Source of the DNA: a virus
Length of the DNA: 64,000 nt
IMG/VR virus record: IMGVR_UViG_3300005805_000042
Strand: one strand, 5' to 3'
Below, piece by piece: positions 48,996 through 57,089 of this stretch; position 1 is the stretch's first letter, and each line of letters begins with the position of its first letter. The position numbers and the translations under genes are program-made. The notes under the pieces were generated by a model. It was given only the letters and a program-made list of their open reading frames with translations. It was not told the DNA's origin and did not search any database.

Positions 48996-50756
48996 TTACC
49001 TTCCAAATAACCAACCATACTTTTGATAATCATTTCGGGTAGCCTGATAATTTTTAGAGTGATTCATCCCCGAATGATTAAATTGTGGTAAAGAAGGATT
49101 AAAATATTCGGATTTTTCTTTATTTTCGGTAACAATAGTAGACCAAGAATCCAACATTGCTTTTGTATGGTTTACAACCTTAACCAATGAGGGGAATGCC
49201 GCTTCCGCAACATAAGTCGCCATTGCAATTGACATAATACAATCATCATGGTGACCTTTTTGGTGGTCAGGTCGACCATTGATATAAATAAAAGTCCCCA
49301 TTTCATTTACCAACCTACTCGACCTTACTTTAAATTCATGACGGAGGGATTCTTCAAAGGAAGCGATGATTTGAACCCTTTTATTGTTAAAATTAATTCC
49401 AGGTATTTTTTCCTTGACTCTTGGGTCATATTTCCATTTATTTGACATGTCAACCCCATCATAGAAAAAATTTTCATAACCCATTTCTTGGAGTTTTCTT
49501 GCCGTTGCGACCCCCATACCACCAGTCAAATCTATAACACACAATGCACTATACATAATACCCCACTTGTATGCAATTTCGGCTAATGTATCGGGCGGTA
49601 ATTTTCCAACAAATTCTAATACTTGTTCTTTTTCATCAAAATCAATAATTACAAAACAAGAAAAGTCTTCAGAGTCTCCCCGAGAAACATCTATACCCAT
49701 AACATATTTGTGACCATTTACAGGTTCTTTCCAAATCCATAACTGTCCACCTATCAATTTGGCACTTGGTTCCTTAATATCATTTTTTTGGATATTCTGT
49801 AAAAGTTCGGAATCAAACACATTGTCACCTGAACCCAAAAAGTTACATTCTAATTCTTGTGCAACTTTTCTTCTATCATATTTTAGTTTTTTAACCATAC
49901 TTTCTAACCAAGATGAGCATGGTTTATAACCGTCTTCAATATATTTGTGTAAAGTATCTAAATTTCTTTCTTTTCTATTTTCAAGTGATAAATCAATAAT
50001 ACTATCTAATGGGTATTCATGTTTGTTAAGAAGGTAATGAACTAAGTCTTTAGTTTTAACCATATACAAATCTTTTGTATATCGAGGGTCACGATACCAA
50101 TACATTTCAGTGATTTTGAAATCATTCATACCACGAAGAGCTTGGTCATAAATTTCATAGTAAATTGCGTCAAAACCATTAGGTGTTGAAATTACAACAA
50201 CTTTACCACCTGTAGAAAGAGATGCCATACAAGCCGCCCAAAAATCACTATCAGCCTCAATAAACGCGGCTTCGTCAAAAATTAATGTTGTGGGGGTGTA
50301 ACCACGAAGTGCATCTTTTGAAGTTGCAACAGCTTTTACTTCACATCCGTTTGATAGTTTAAAGTGACGAGCGGAATTTTTTTCAGGTGCAAACCCAATT
50401 CCGACCCAACTTGGCCATTGTTCGGTGAATCCACGAATTTTGTTCGCAAATTCTACCGAAGTATCTAATTTATTTGCAATTATAAGAACTTTTTCAGGTT
50501 TTTCTTTTCTCGCAAATGCTAGTCGTTTACTTGCCCAAGCGGCGGTAACTGTCGATACCCCTGCTTGACGATACTTCAGGGCAATATTTTCATTGTACTC
50601 CTCATAATCTTCGACAAGCTGAACTTGGTCTTGAAACAATTCCAAAGGTACATACCGAGAGACCGTATTATCGTAAGTTTGTAAATAAGTCTTCAGCGCA
50701 TACGGAGTGCTTTTCATGCACTTTTTATACTCAATAATAACTTGTTCTTTTGTCAT
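48996..50756 (-). CDS. gp17: Terminase large subunit (T4 gp17-like)
   Basis: KYRQAGVST (Walker A), LIFDEAAF (Walker B), ISTPNG, QELEC.F, GIDVSRG, HDDCIMS. Confidence 0.95.
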   Translation of the reverse strand: MTKEQVIIEYKKCMKSTPYALKTYLQTYDNTVSRYVPLELFQDQVQLVEDYEEYNENIALKYRQAGVSTVTAAWASKRLAFARKEKPEKVLIIANKLDTSVEFANKIRGFTEQWPSWVGIGFAPEKNSARHFKLSNGCEVKAVATSKDALRGYTPTTLIFDEAAFIEADSDFWAACMASLSTGGKVVVISTPNGFDAIYYEIYDQALRGMNDFKITEMYWYRDPRYTKDLYMVKTKDLVHYLLNKHEYPLDSIIDLSLENRKERNLDTLHKYIEDGYKPCSSWLESMVKKLKYDRRKVAQELECNFLGSGDNVFDSELLQNIQKNDIKEPSAKLIGGQLWIWKEPVNGHKYVMGIDVSRGDSEDFSCFVIIDFDEKEQVLEFVGKLPPDTLAEIAYKWGIMYSALCVIDLTGGMGVATARKLQEMGYENFFYDGVDMSNKWKYDPRVKEKIPGINFNNKRVQIIASFEESLRHEFKVRSSRLVNEMGTFIYINGRPDHQKGHHDDCIMSIAMATYVAEAAFPSLVKVVNHTKAMLDSWSTIVTENKEKSEYFNPSLPQFNHSGMNHSKNYQATRNDYQKYGWLFGR

Positions 50757-50762
50757 AATTTC

Positions 50763-52052
50763 TTAGTCAGGACGGGAAATTCCCAAACCTGATAAGAAAT
50801 CTAAACCATCATCTTCGGAATCTTCGTCCGTGTCAAAACTTTCGTATTCCTCCTTATTTTGTTTTGCAATTGTAATCAACTCACGAAAAGAGTCGGTAGC
50901 CTTTGCAATTTTTTTGGTGTCTTCGGAAATTGCATTTCCAACAATTTCTAAAAATTCCTCAGCAGGGAGTTTATAAAGTTCCATTTGGAACCAATTAATC
51001 AAACCTTTGTTTTGTTCATCATAAACTTCATCAGGTAACGCAAAACGAATTTTTTCAACAATTTGCGGTCCAATTCTAAGGGACCATGCTTCCATAGGTA
51101 AAGTATCGGTTTGACCCATAACTTTTTCACGAGTTGTGGGGTCTTCAGGTAAACCATAACGACCTTTAGCCTCTTCCAATCCTTTGATTATTTCATGACA
51201 CACAATGGGAAACAACATCCCGTAAGCTTTAATTACGGTATCGGGAGAACTATCACCATCCTCGTCTTCAAAACCATCATCTCCGGCGTCCTCAAGTTCA
51301 ACCTTGCCAGCAACTCCTTGACCTGTAGCACCCATCATCTCAATCATTTGTTCCATGGTAAAGTACATAAAATCATTCAAGGACATTATCTCCAAATATG
51401 CGGGATAAAGTCTTGGGTCTATTTCATCGAGTTTTTTTCTAATTTCAGGTTTTTGAAAAAGATAGTGACCTTTTTTTGCTGACCCTTGGATAATTGCGTT
51501 AATAATATTTCTCTTATGCTTTTCTAATTCTAAAACTTCTTCAGGGGTTACCTCATCGATGTCAAAACCTGAATCAATCATAATCTTTTGAGCGTCCTCT
51601 TCGTTTTTTTCCTCTAACTCCTCGGCTTCGTATCTAAAGTTACTAACATCGATTGTTTCACGATTCAAATTTGCCTCAACAATAAACCAATCAGAGGGTA
51701 CTTGGGTATCTTCCAAACAAGCCTCGATTGCCAAGTTTTCCAAATCATCCCTGTGTCTTGATTCAATTTGCATAACTTGGGGTACTTTCTGATACATTTC
51801 AGAAATTAACATCCTTCCCAACATTTGAGAATTAATTGTTTCTCTTCCTGTAACCTCTCGAACTTTGTCCACAACTTGTTTAAATCGGTTTGTAACCAAT
51901 CTTTGTACATCTTCAGAACCTTTTCCCATTGCAGGATTTTTTGCGTAAGGACTCTCAGGGTCTCGGAGTTTTCTTTCGAGACTTGGGTCCATACGCTCGG
52001 GATAATCCCCGTAATCGATTTGTTCTTGAATTTTTCTATTTTTTGCCATCAC
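50763..52052 (-). CDS. Hypothetical acidic protein of the head module
   Basis: 429 aa ORF directly upstream of the terminase. Confidence 0.65.
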   Translation of the reverse strand: MMAKNRKIQEQIDYGDYPERMDPSLERKLRDPESPYAKNPAMGKGSEDVQRLVTNRFKQVVDKVREVTGRETINSQMLGRMLISEMYQKVPQVMQIESRHRDDLENLAIEACLEDTQVPSDWFIVEANLNRETIDVSNFRYEAEELEEKNEEDAQKIMIDSGFDIDEVTPEEVLELEKHKRNIINAIIQGSAKKGHYLFQKPEIRKKLDEIDPRLYPAYLEIMSLNDFMYFTMEQMIEMMGATGQGVAGKVELEDAGDDGFEDEDGDSSPDTVIKAYGMLFPIVCHEIIKGLEEAKGRYGLPEDPTTREKVMGQTDTLPMEAWSLRIGPQIVEKIRFALPDEVYDEQNKGLINWFQMELYKLPAEEFLEIVGNAISEDTKKIAKATDSFRELITIAKQNKEEYESFDTDEDSEDDGLDFLSGLGISRPD

Positions 52053-52905
52053 GAAGAATACTTTGAATTAGTTGTAATACATCTTTTTTAGCACCTTCCA
52101 TTTCTTTATTAGAGGCCTTTGGTTTGGGATTTGGTCCTTCGAATGGTTTTTTACCAGGATGTGCAGGACGAATAGAGGGTCTCGTACCAGGTTTGGTAGT
52201 TGGTTTAACAGGTGCAGTTTCAGTTTCTGCCTCACCCATAGATTGTAACATCCCTAAATCCCCAATAGGACGACTCATACGAACGCTCTTTCCTCTTTTA
52301 GATTTTGGTTTGTAAACCGAGCGACGAATGACACCTTGTTCGGCAATCATATTCAATATTTCTGTTTTTGTCATTTTTGGTTCTAAATAATTTTCAACCA
52401 AAGATACAATTTCTTCTTCAATAAAAAAATCCATCGGAGATTTTCCTTCCTTTAAACTTTTTTTAACTTGTTTAACACATCTTTCAAACTTGGCGTTTTT
52501 CTTAGGACCTAATTGTGCGTGGCATATAGCCCAAGGATTGTTTTCATCTTTTTCTTCTTCTGACATATCCTCCTTTTTATCAATCTCAGTATCACCTAAA
52601 TCACCCATACCATCAGGAGCTTGAACTTGGTGTGGTGCTTGAGTGGTGGCACCACCTTGAGCACTACCCATATAGTCCACATCATCTTCAGTCATCTCAG
52701 TTTCGATACGAACATTAATACCTCTTGAAGTTAAATCTTTAAGTTTCTGTGGTTCCGCTTTTTCAGCGGAAATCATAACAGCGCCTTGTTCTAAGATTGC
52801 AAGTTTTTCTAAGAGCACATCGATTTGAGTTTCATTCAATTTTACAACGGTTGTTGGTGATAATCCCATTTCTACCAATTTAACAATTTTTTCCTTAGTT
52901 TTCAT
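52036..52905 (-). CDS. Putative internal head protein
   Basis: Likely start MKTKEK (52905); LNE/LEQ/MTE/LKE sites; NPWAIC...KFERCVKQVK module; Pro/Lys-rich tail. Confidence 0.55.
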   Translation of the reverse strand: MKTKEKIVKLVEMGLSPTTVVKLNETQIDVLLEKLAILEQGAVMISAEKAEPQKLKDLTSRGINVRIETEMTEDDVDYMGSAQGGATTQAPHQVQAPDGMGDLGDTEIDKKEDMSEEEKDENNPWAICHAQLGPKKNAKFERCVKQVKKSLKEGKSPMDFFIEEEIVSLVENYLEPKMTKTEILNMIAEQGVIRRSVYKPKSKRGKSVRMSRPIGDLGMLQSMGEAETETAPVKPTTKPGTRPSIRPAHPGKKPFEGPNPKPKASNKEMEGAKKDVLQLIQSILRDGKK

Positions 52906-53290
52906 ATACAACTTTTTTTTCGAACTCAAGAATTAGGTCTTTTTCGTAAAGTTTATTTTTTACCGATTCTTCTTCTTCACCAAATTTAAACACCAATCGA
53001 TTGTTTTCATCGTACTCTTCAATTTCCCAACCTAAAGCAATAACACCGTCCATGGCATCGGACATATTGAAATAATCTGAGTTTTGAACAAGTTCCAATT
53101 TGACATCTGAGTTTCTAAGTACTCCGACTTTATTGATATGTTCCAATTTAGGTGGTGTGGGATATCCACCAGAAGGTGACGACTCCCATGAATCACCCCA
53201 CACATCTAAGTTTTCAGAAAATATAAATTCGTAGAGATTGTTTCCCTTATAATCAGGACCTAGTCCATTGATATAAGTTAGATATCTCAT
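52895..53290 (-). CDS. Hypothetical protein
   Basis: Packed ORF. Confidence 0.65.
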   Translation of the reverse strand: MRYLTYINGLGPDYKGNNLYEFIFSENLDVWGDSWESSPSGGYPTPPKLEHINKVGVLRNSDVKLELVQNSDYFNMSDAMDGVIALGWEIEEYDENNRLVFKFGEEEESVKNKLYEKDLILEFEKKVVYEN

Positions 53291-54453
53291 AAAACTATTC
53301 CTTCGACAGAGATTTTAATTTGTTTATTTTTATTTTCAAATACCAAATTCTTTTTATTTGTTCTACCAACAAATTCAAAATTTGAGTTTTCTTCTAAAAA
53401 CTTCTTACTTGCCAACTCTTGTTCGATGGTCTCTGATAAAGTTTCAATTTTTGAAATAAACGAATTAACTTTTTTCTTGTTTTCACTTTTTCTTTCCTCA
53501 AACAACTTTTTTGAAAGTTCTACTTCTGAATCCGTGACCTCAAAATACTTACTGAGGACTTTGTCGATATTGCTTTCCCTAACCGAGTTGTAGTCATAGT
53601 CTTCAGAACCCATACCTTCCATAGGTTCTTCCATAGAAACTTCATCCTCAAAATCTAAATCCATTTCAGTTTCTCCACCCATATCTGAATCCATTTCAAC
53701 ATCAGCTTCCACATCTTCAAACTTAGACATAATGTCCTCCATGTCCTCAGGGTCTAATTTAGTCAAATCAAGAGCTGAAAGAACCATGTTAATAACATAT
53801 TTAATATCCTCAGAGGACATTCCTTCTTGGTCTTCGAGGGCTCTCATTTTTTGGGTCAATTTACCAGTAAGTTTTTGAATTACTTTAAAAGAAACTCTTT
53901 CTTCCATATCTTCACCACCTGTCATAGGTTCTTCAGCGGGAACATCCAAATTAAGTTCTGTGTCCATACCTAAATCGAGTTCATCGTCACCACCCATGTC
54001 GTCCATAGGTAGTTCAGGCGCCGGAAGTGCCATTGGTTCTGCGGGAACCGCAGGTGTAACAACTTCAGGTGTTGGTGGGGTTGGTGTTTTTAAAACAAAT
54101 TTCTTTTGTTCACCAAACAATTTAACTTCTTCGTTTTGTCCGTTAAGCTCATTGTTTTCTTTAATTATTAAATTTAACTTTCTAAGAGCTTGTGAGTATG
54201 AGGAGTGATACTTTCTATTTTTCATTGGTTCCATGTAATCTAAAGTGGATTCGTTAATCCCCTTTTTGATAATGTAACCTTGTTTCTCTTTTACAATGTG
54301 GTAATCCATTCCATCAGGTAAATTAATGGAATATTCTGTTGCACCTTCTTTAATGCCTGTTGATGACGTACGGTAGGTGGCAATCTCCATAATTCTTTTT
54401 AATTTATCGGCTCCTTCGAGTTTTTCGCTACCGATTGCTTTTAATTTTGCCAT
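53287..54453 (-). CDS. Acidic putative prohead core protein
   Basis: D/E/M-rich tracts like the scaffold; many (I/V/L)xE sites. Confidence 0.55.
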   Translation of the reverse strand: MAKLKAIGSEKLEGADKLKRIMEIATYRTSSTGIKEGATEYSINLPDGMDYHIVKEKQGYIIKKGINESTLDYMEPMKNRKYHSSYSQALRKLNLIIKENNELNGQNEEVKLFGEQKKFVLKTPTPPTPEVVTPAVPAEPMALPAPELPMDDMGGDDELDLGMDTELNLDVPAEEPMTGGEDMEERVSFKVIQKLTGKLTQKMRALEDQEGMSSEDIKYVINMVLSALDLTKLDPEDMEDIMSKFEDVEADVEMDSDMGGETEMDLDFEDEVSMEEPMEGMGSEDYDYNSVRESNIDKVLSKYFEVTDSEVELSKKLFEERKSENKKKVNSFISKIETLSETIEQELASKKFLEENSNFEFVGRTNKKNLVFENKNKQIKISVEGIVL

Positions 54454-54472
54454 GGTTTTTTTTTATTAATTT

Positions 54473-55282
54473 TTAGTTGTTAAGGCCGTGCATACCCCCT
54501 AGTTGTACCGCACTTAAATCGATTACTGTCCCTTGTTTTTCTCCATCGGGACCAACAGGAACCCAATCGGCTGGATGTGGGTATGGAGCAGTGGTTGGTG
54601 CAGCATCTCCACAAGTTACACAAGCCTCGGCTTCATACTGAACATTTACATCAAATACACCAAAAGGTGTTGGTGTAGGTGTTGGAGTTGAAGTTGTTGT
54701 TGCCGTAGGACTAGCGGTAATACTCGGAGTCGGTGTATTTGTGAGTGTTGTTGTGGGTGTTGGAGTTTTAGTTGCGGTGTTAGTTGGTGTATTAGTTACA
54801 GTTGCAGTATTTGTAGGTGTTTGAGTAACTGTTGGTGTTGGGGTACTTGTGGTCGTACTACTTGGTGTTTGTGTTTGAGTATTTGTTGGAGTGGTGGTTG
54901 GTGTACTAGTATTTGTGGGCGTTGCAGTGGCGGATGATGTTATACTTGGTGTTGGTGTACGGGAAGCTGTTATACTTGGTGTTGGAGTCACCGTGTTCGT
55001 AGGGGTGTTTGTTGGTGTTTGTGTGGGTGTAGATGTTGGTGATTCCGTTGGTGTTGGTGTTAAGTCTCCCAAACAATCAACACAATTTTCCCATGGACCA
55101 TTGAATACTGTTACAATTTGTGCAAGTGGAGTTTCATCAAAAGTAGTAAGGGTCCAACAACCAATGTTTGTTGCCCCTGCTAATAATTCATAAATTCTAC
55201 CCGAAACAATTGTAGATTCAGTAGCTAAATATCTGAAGGGTTGCCCCGTACAAGAAATTCCAATAAAATAATTCAACGCCAT
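54473..55282 (-). CDS. Thr/Pro-rich putative capsid decoration protein
   Basis: ~130 aa PTPT/PTNT repeat; CVDC before and CVTCGD after it; ATATTTATA 12 nt upstream. Confidence 0.6.
   Translation of the reverse strand: MALNYFIGISCTGQPFRYLATESTIVSGRIYELLAGATNIGCWTLTTFDETPLAQIVTVFNGPWENCVDCLGDLTPTPTESPTSTPTQTPTNTPTNTVTPTPSITASRTPTPSITSSATATPTNTSTPTTTPTNTQTQTPSSTTTSTPTPTVTQTPTNTATVTNTPTNTATKTPTPTTTLTNTPTPSITASPTATTTSTPTPTPTPFGVFDVNVQYEAEACVTCGDAAPTTAPYPHPADWVPVGPDGEKQGTVIDLSAVQLGGMHGLNN
54660..55060 (-). repeat. Thr/Pro/Ser coding repeat tract
   Basis: [19 protein letters not shown]...TPTPTPTP in the translation. Confidence 0.85.
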
Positions 55283-55347
55283 GGACTTTTTTTCTATAAA
55301 TATTGTCGGTTAATAATAACTTTAATAAATAAATATCTAAAATGGTA

Positions 55348-56100
55348 TTAATCTACCAATTTTACTTCAACTGATAATTCTTTGTCTGTTTGACGACTAA
55401 CAGTATTATAGAGTTTTTCCAGCAATCCTGACCTACGAAGGTACTTAAACACTAAATTTTCATAGGAATATTCCCCCTCTTTTTCGAGTCCCGACTTACG
55501 ATAATCTTTTAATTTTTTTTTCAGTTTCTCAACTTTTTCTTCGTTGGCTTTGAGTCCTTCTTTTTTGATGTTGGTAATAAGATTCTCTATTTTGTCTTTC
55601 CAACCATCGATTTTGGTGGTTAGAACACCTCTTTCGAGTTGTGGTTTTTCTTTCGAGGGTTTAGAAATCCACTCATCATTTAACACCGAATATACTCCCG
55701 AGGCAAAATGCATCTCCTCAGAATCTTGTGGGTATAGTTCAACTTCGTATCCAAAAATTTTGATGTCGTGTTTGTCGTTAAATATCTGTTTTTTAAGACC
55801 AAATAAATCTCTGTAAAGTTGAGATTGTTTTCCGAATTGTTTGTAATCGATAATAAGATGTAGGTCAAAGTCTGAATATTCTGACCAGTTGTAGTTTGAT
55901 AGACTACCTGTTAGGACTACATCTTCAACTTCCAAGTCATCTATTAATGTATCCCCAAATGCTTCGGCAATTTTCATAAGAGCTTCTCTTACTTTTGGTT
56001 TAATCACCGCTTCTGAGGCATCGTCATAGTTTTCCCATACCTTTGGGTTAAGGGTGTCTCTAACTGTGAAGCTCTGAAGTATGGTTGATAGTTGGGCCAT
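55348..56100 (-). CDS. Pol-beta superfamily nucleotidyltransferase
   Basis: VLTGSLSNYNWSEYSDFDLH (hGS..DxD), third acidic residue in YEVELY; C-terminal helical YSYENLVFKYLRR. Confidence 0.8.
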   Translation of the reverse strand: MAQLSTILQSFTVRDTLNPKVWENYDDASEAVIKPKVREALMKIAEAFGDTLIDDLEVEDVVLTGSLSNYNWSEYSDFDLHLIIDYKQFGKQSQLYRDLFGLKKQIFNDKHDIKIFGYEVELYPQDSEEMHFASGVYSVLNDEWISKPSKEKPQLERGVLTTKIDGWKDKIENLITNIKKEGLKANEEKVEKLKKKLKDYRKSGLEKEGEYSYENLVFKYLRRSGLLEKLYNTVSRQTDKELSVEVKLVD

Positions 56101-56120
56101 CTGAGATAAATACCTACTTA

Positions 56121-56363
56121 TTAGAGTTTGGTGTATTTAAATTTTTTGGCAATATCACTTGAGAAGTATTTCCCTTGAGATTCTGCCATTCTAAACTTTG
56201 TGTAGGTTTGATGTGGAACTTCATTATATTGGTATTTTGTTCCATTTTTAAATTCTACGACCATTTCTTTAGACTCGGTATCATAGACACTTTTAATGAT
56301 TGTTGTTGAATCAATCTCATTGATGATTTTTGTTCCGTCTATAGTTTCTTTTTTTACTCCCAT
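56121..56363 (-). CDS. KTSC-domain protein
   Basis: STTI..V.YD.....VEFKNG..YQY..VP...Y..F..AES.GKYF...I. Confidence 0.85.
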   Translation of the reverse strand: MGVKKETIDGTKIINEIDSTTIIKSVYDTESKEMVVEFKNGTKYQYNEVPHQTYTKFRMAESQGKYFSSDIAKKFKYTKL

Positions 56364-56417
56364 TGTAAAGATGTTTTTATAAGTTAATTTACTAGTGTAT
56401 TGTTAATTGATAAATAC

Positions 56418-56444
56418 AAAAAACCCTCAACTTACGCTGAGGGT
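56418..56444 (-). terminator. Intrinsic terminator after the UVR gene
   Basis: Minus strand ACCCTCA-GCGTAAGT-TGAGGGT plus T-tract. Confidence 0.75.
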
Positions 56445-56465
56445 CAAAAACAGGGTCTTTGATTA

Positions 56466-56891
56466 TTAGGAAAGTTTCTTTATTTCATCTCTTAGTTCAA
56501 TTGCTTTTTCATAGTCTTGTTGGTCAACTGCTTTTGTTAGTTGTAAGTTAAGGTTTTCGAGTTTAACTTTATTGTCTTCCAAGTTTTTAATCTTGTCACG
56601 AAGCTCCACCGCTTTTTCAAACTCTTGAAGGTTCACCGCATTTTGGAGTTCTTTTCTAAGACGCTCCAAGGTATTTTGTTCTGCGGGTTGTGGAGAGTTC
56701 CCGTAGGTTGACCTAAAAATCGTTGTAAATTGAATCATACCATCTTCAGAGGTAAAGGTTTCTTTTGACCAATCACCATTCTCATCCTTACCATTCTCTT
56801 TTTGTGTTTTACCTTTAAAGATAAATGGGTCTTGGTTTAACAGTGAGTTAAAAAGGTTGTCAAATTCATTAAATAATTTTCTTCTAAACAT
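56466..56891 (-). CDS. Protein with two tandem UvrB/UvrC (UVR) coiled-coil motifs
   Basis: LQNAVNLQEFEKAVELRDKIK and LTKAVDQQDYEKAIELRDEIK. Confidence 0.85.
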   Translation of the reverse strand: MFRRKLFNEFDNLFNSLLNQDPFIFKGKTQKENGKDENGDWSKETFTSEDGMIQFTTIFRSTYGNSPQPAEQNTLERLRKELQNAVNLQEFEKAVELRDKIKNLEDNKVKLENLNLQLTKAVDQQDYEKAIELRDEIKKLS

Positions 56892-56929
56892 TTTTTATAT
56901 TTTTTAATTTTTTTATTTGACCCTAATAA

Positions 56930-56946
56930 GTCAATCCCCGTACCAA
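56930..56946 (-). promoter_or_regulatory. Possible sigma54-type promoter TTGGTACG-N4-TTGAC
   Basis: -24 GG box and -12-like TTGA at canonical spacing, 39 nt upstream of the UVR ATG; -12 GC is replaced by GA. Confidence 0.4.
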
Positions 56947-56957
56947 ATCAAAGTAAC

Positions 56958-57032
56958 TGACAAAATGTCTGAATTAGTTTTATTTAGAAATATTTTTATG
57001 ACATCTTGTCAATTACTAACAAAATTCTGACA
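56958..57032. promoter_or_regulatory. Repeated TGACA-N3-TGTCA operator-like boxes
   Basis: TGACA-AAA-TGTCT 56958-56970; perfect TGACA-TCT-TGTCA 56999-57011; half site TGACA 57028-57032. Confidence 0.5.
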
Positions 57033-57036
57033 GGGG

Positions 57037-57068
57037 TTTGGAATTGTCCTTTTTTTGATTAACCTTTG
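57037..57068 (+). promoter_or_regulatory. Bacteroidota-type promoter TTTG-N20-AACCTTTG for clpC
   Basis: One mismatch to TAnnTTTG. Confidence 0.5.
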
Positions 57069-57089
57069 TACAAATCAATTCTATAAATT

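Noticed and set aside
56466-56891. UvrB/UvrC excision-repair gene
   Set aside because: Only the short UVR coiled-coil motifs are present; no helicase or nuclease domain
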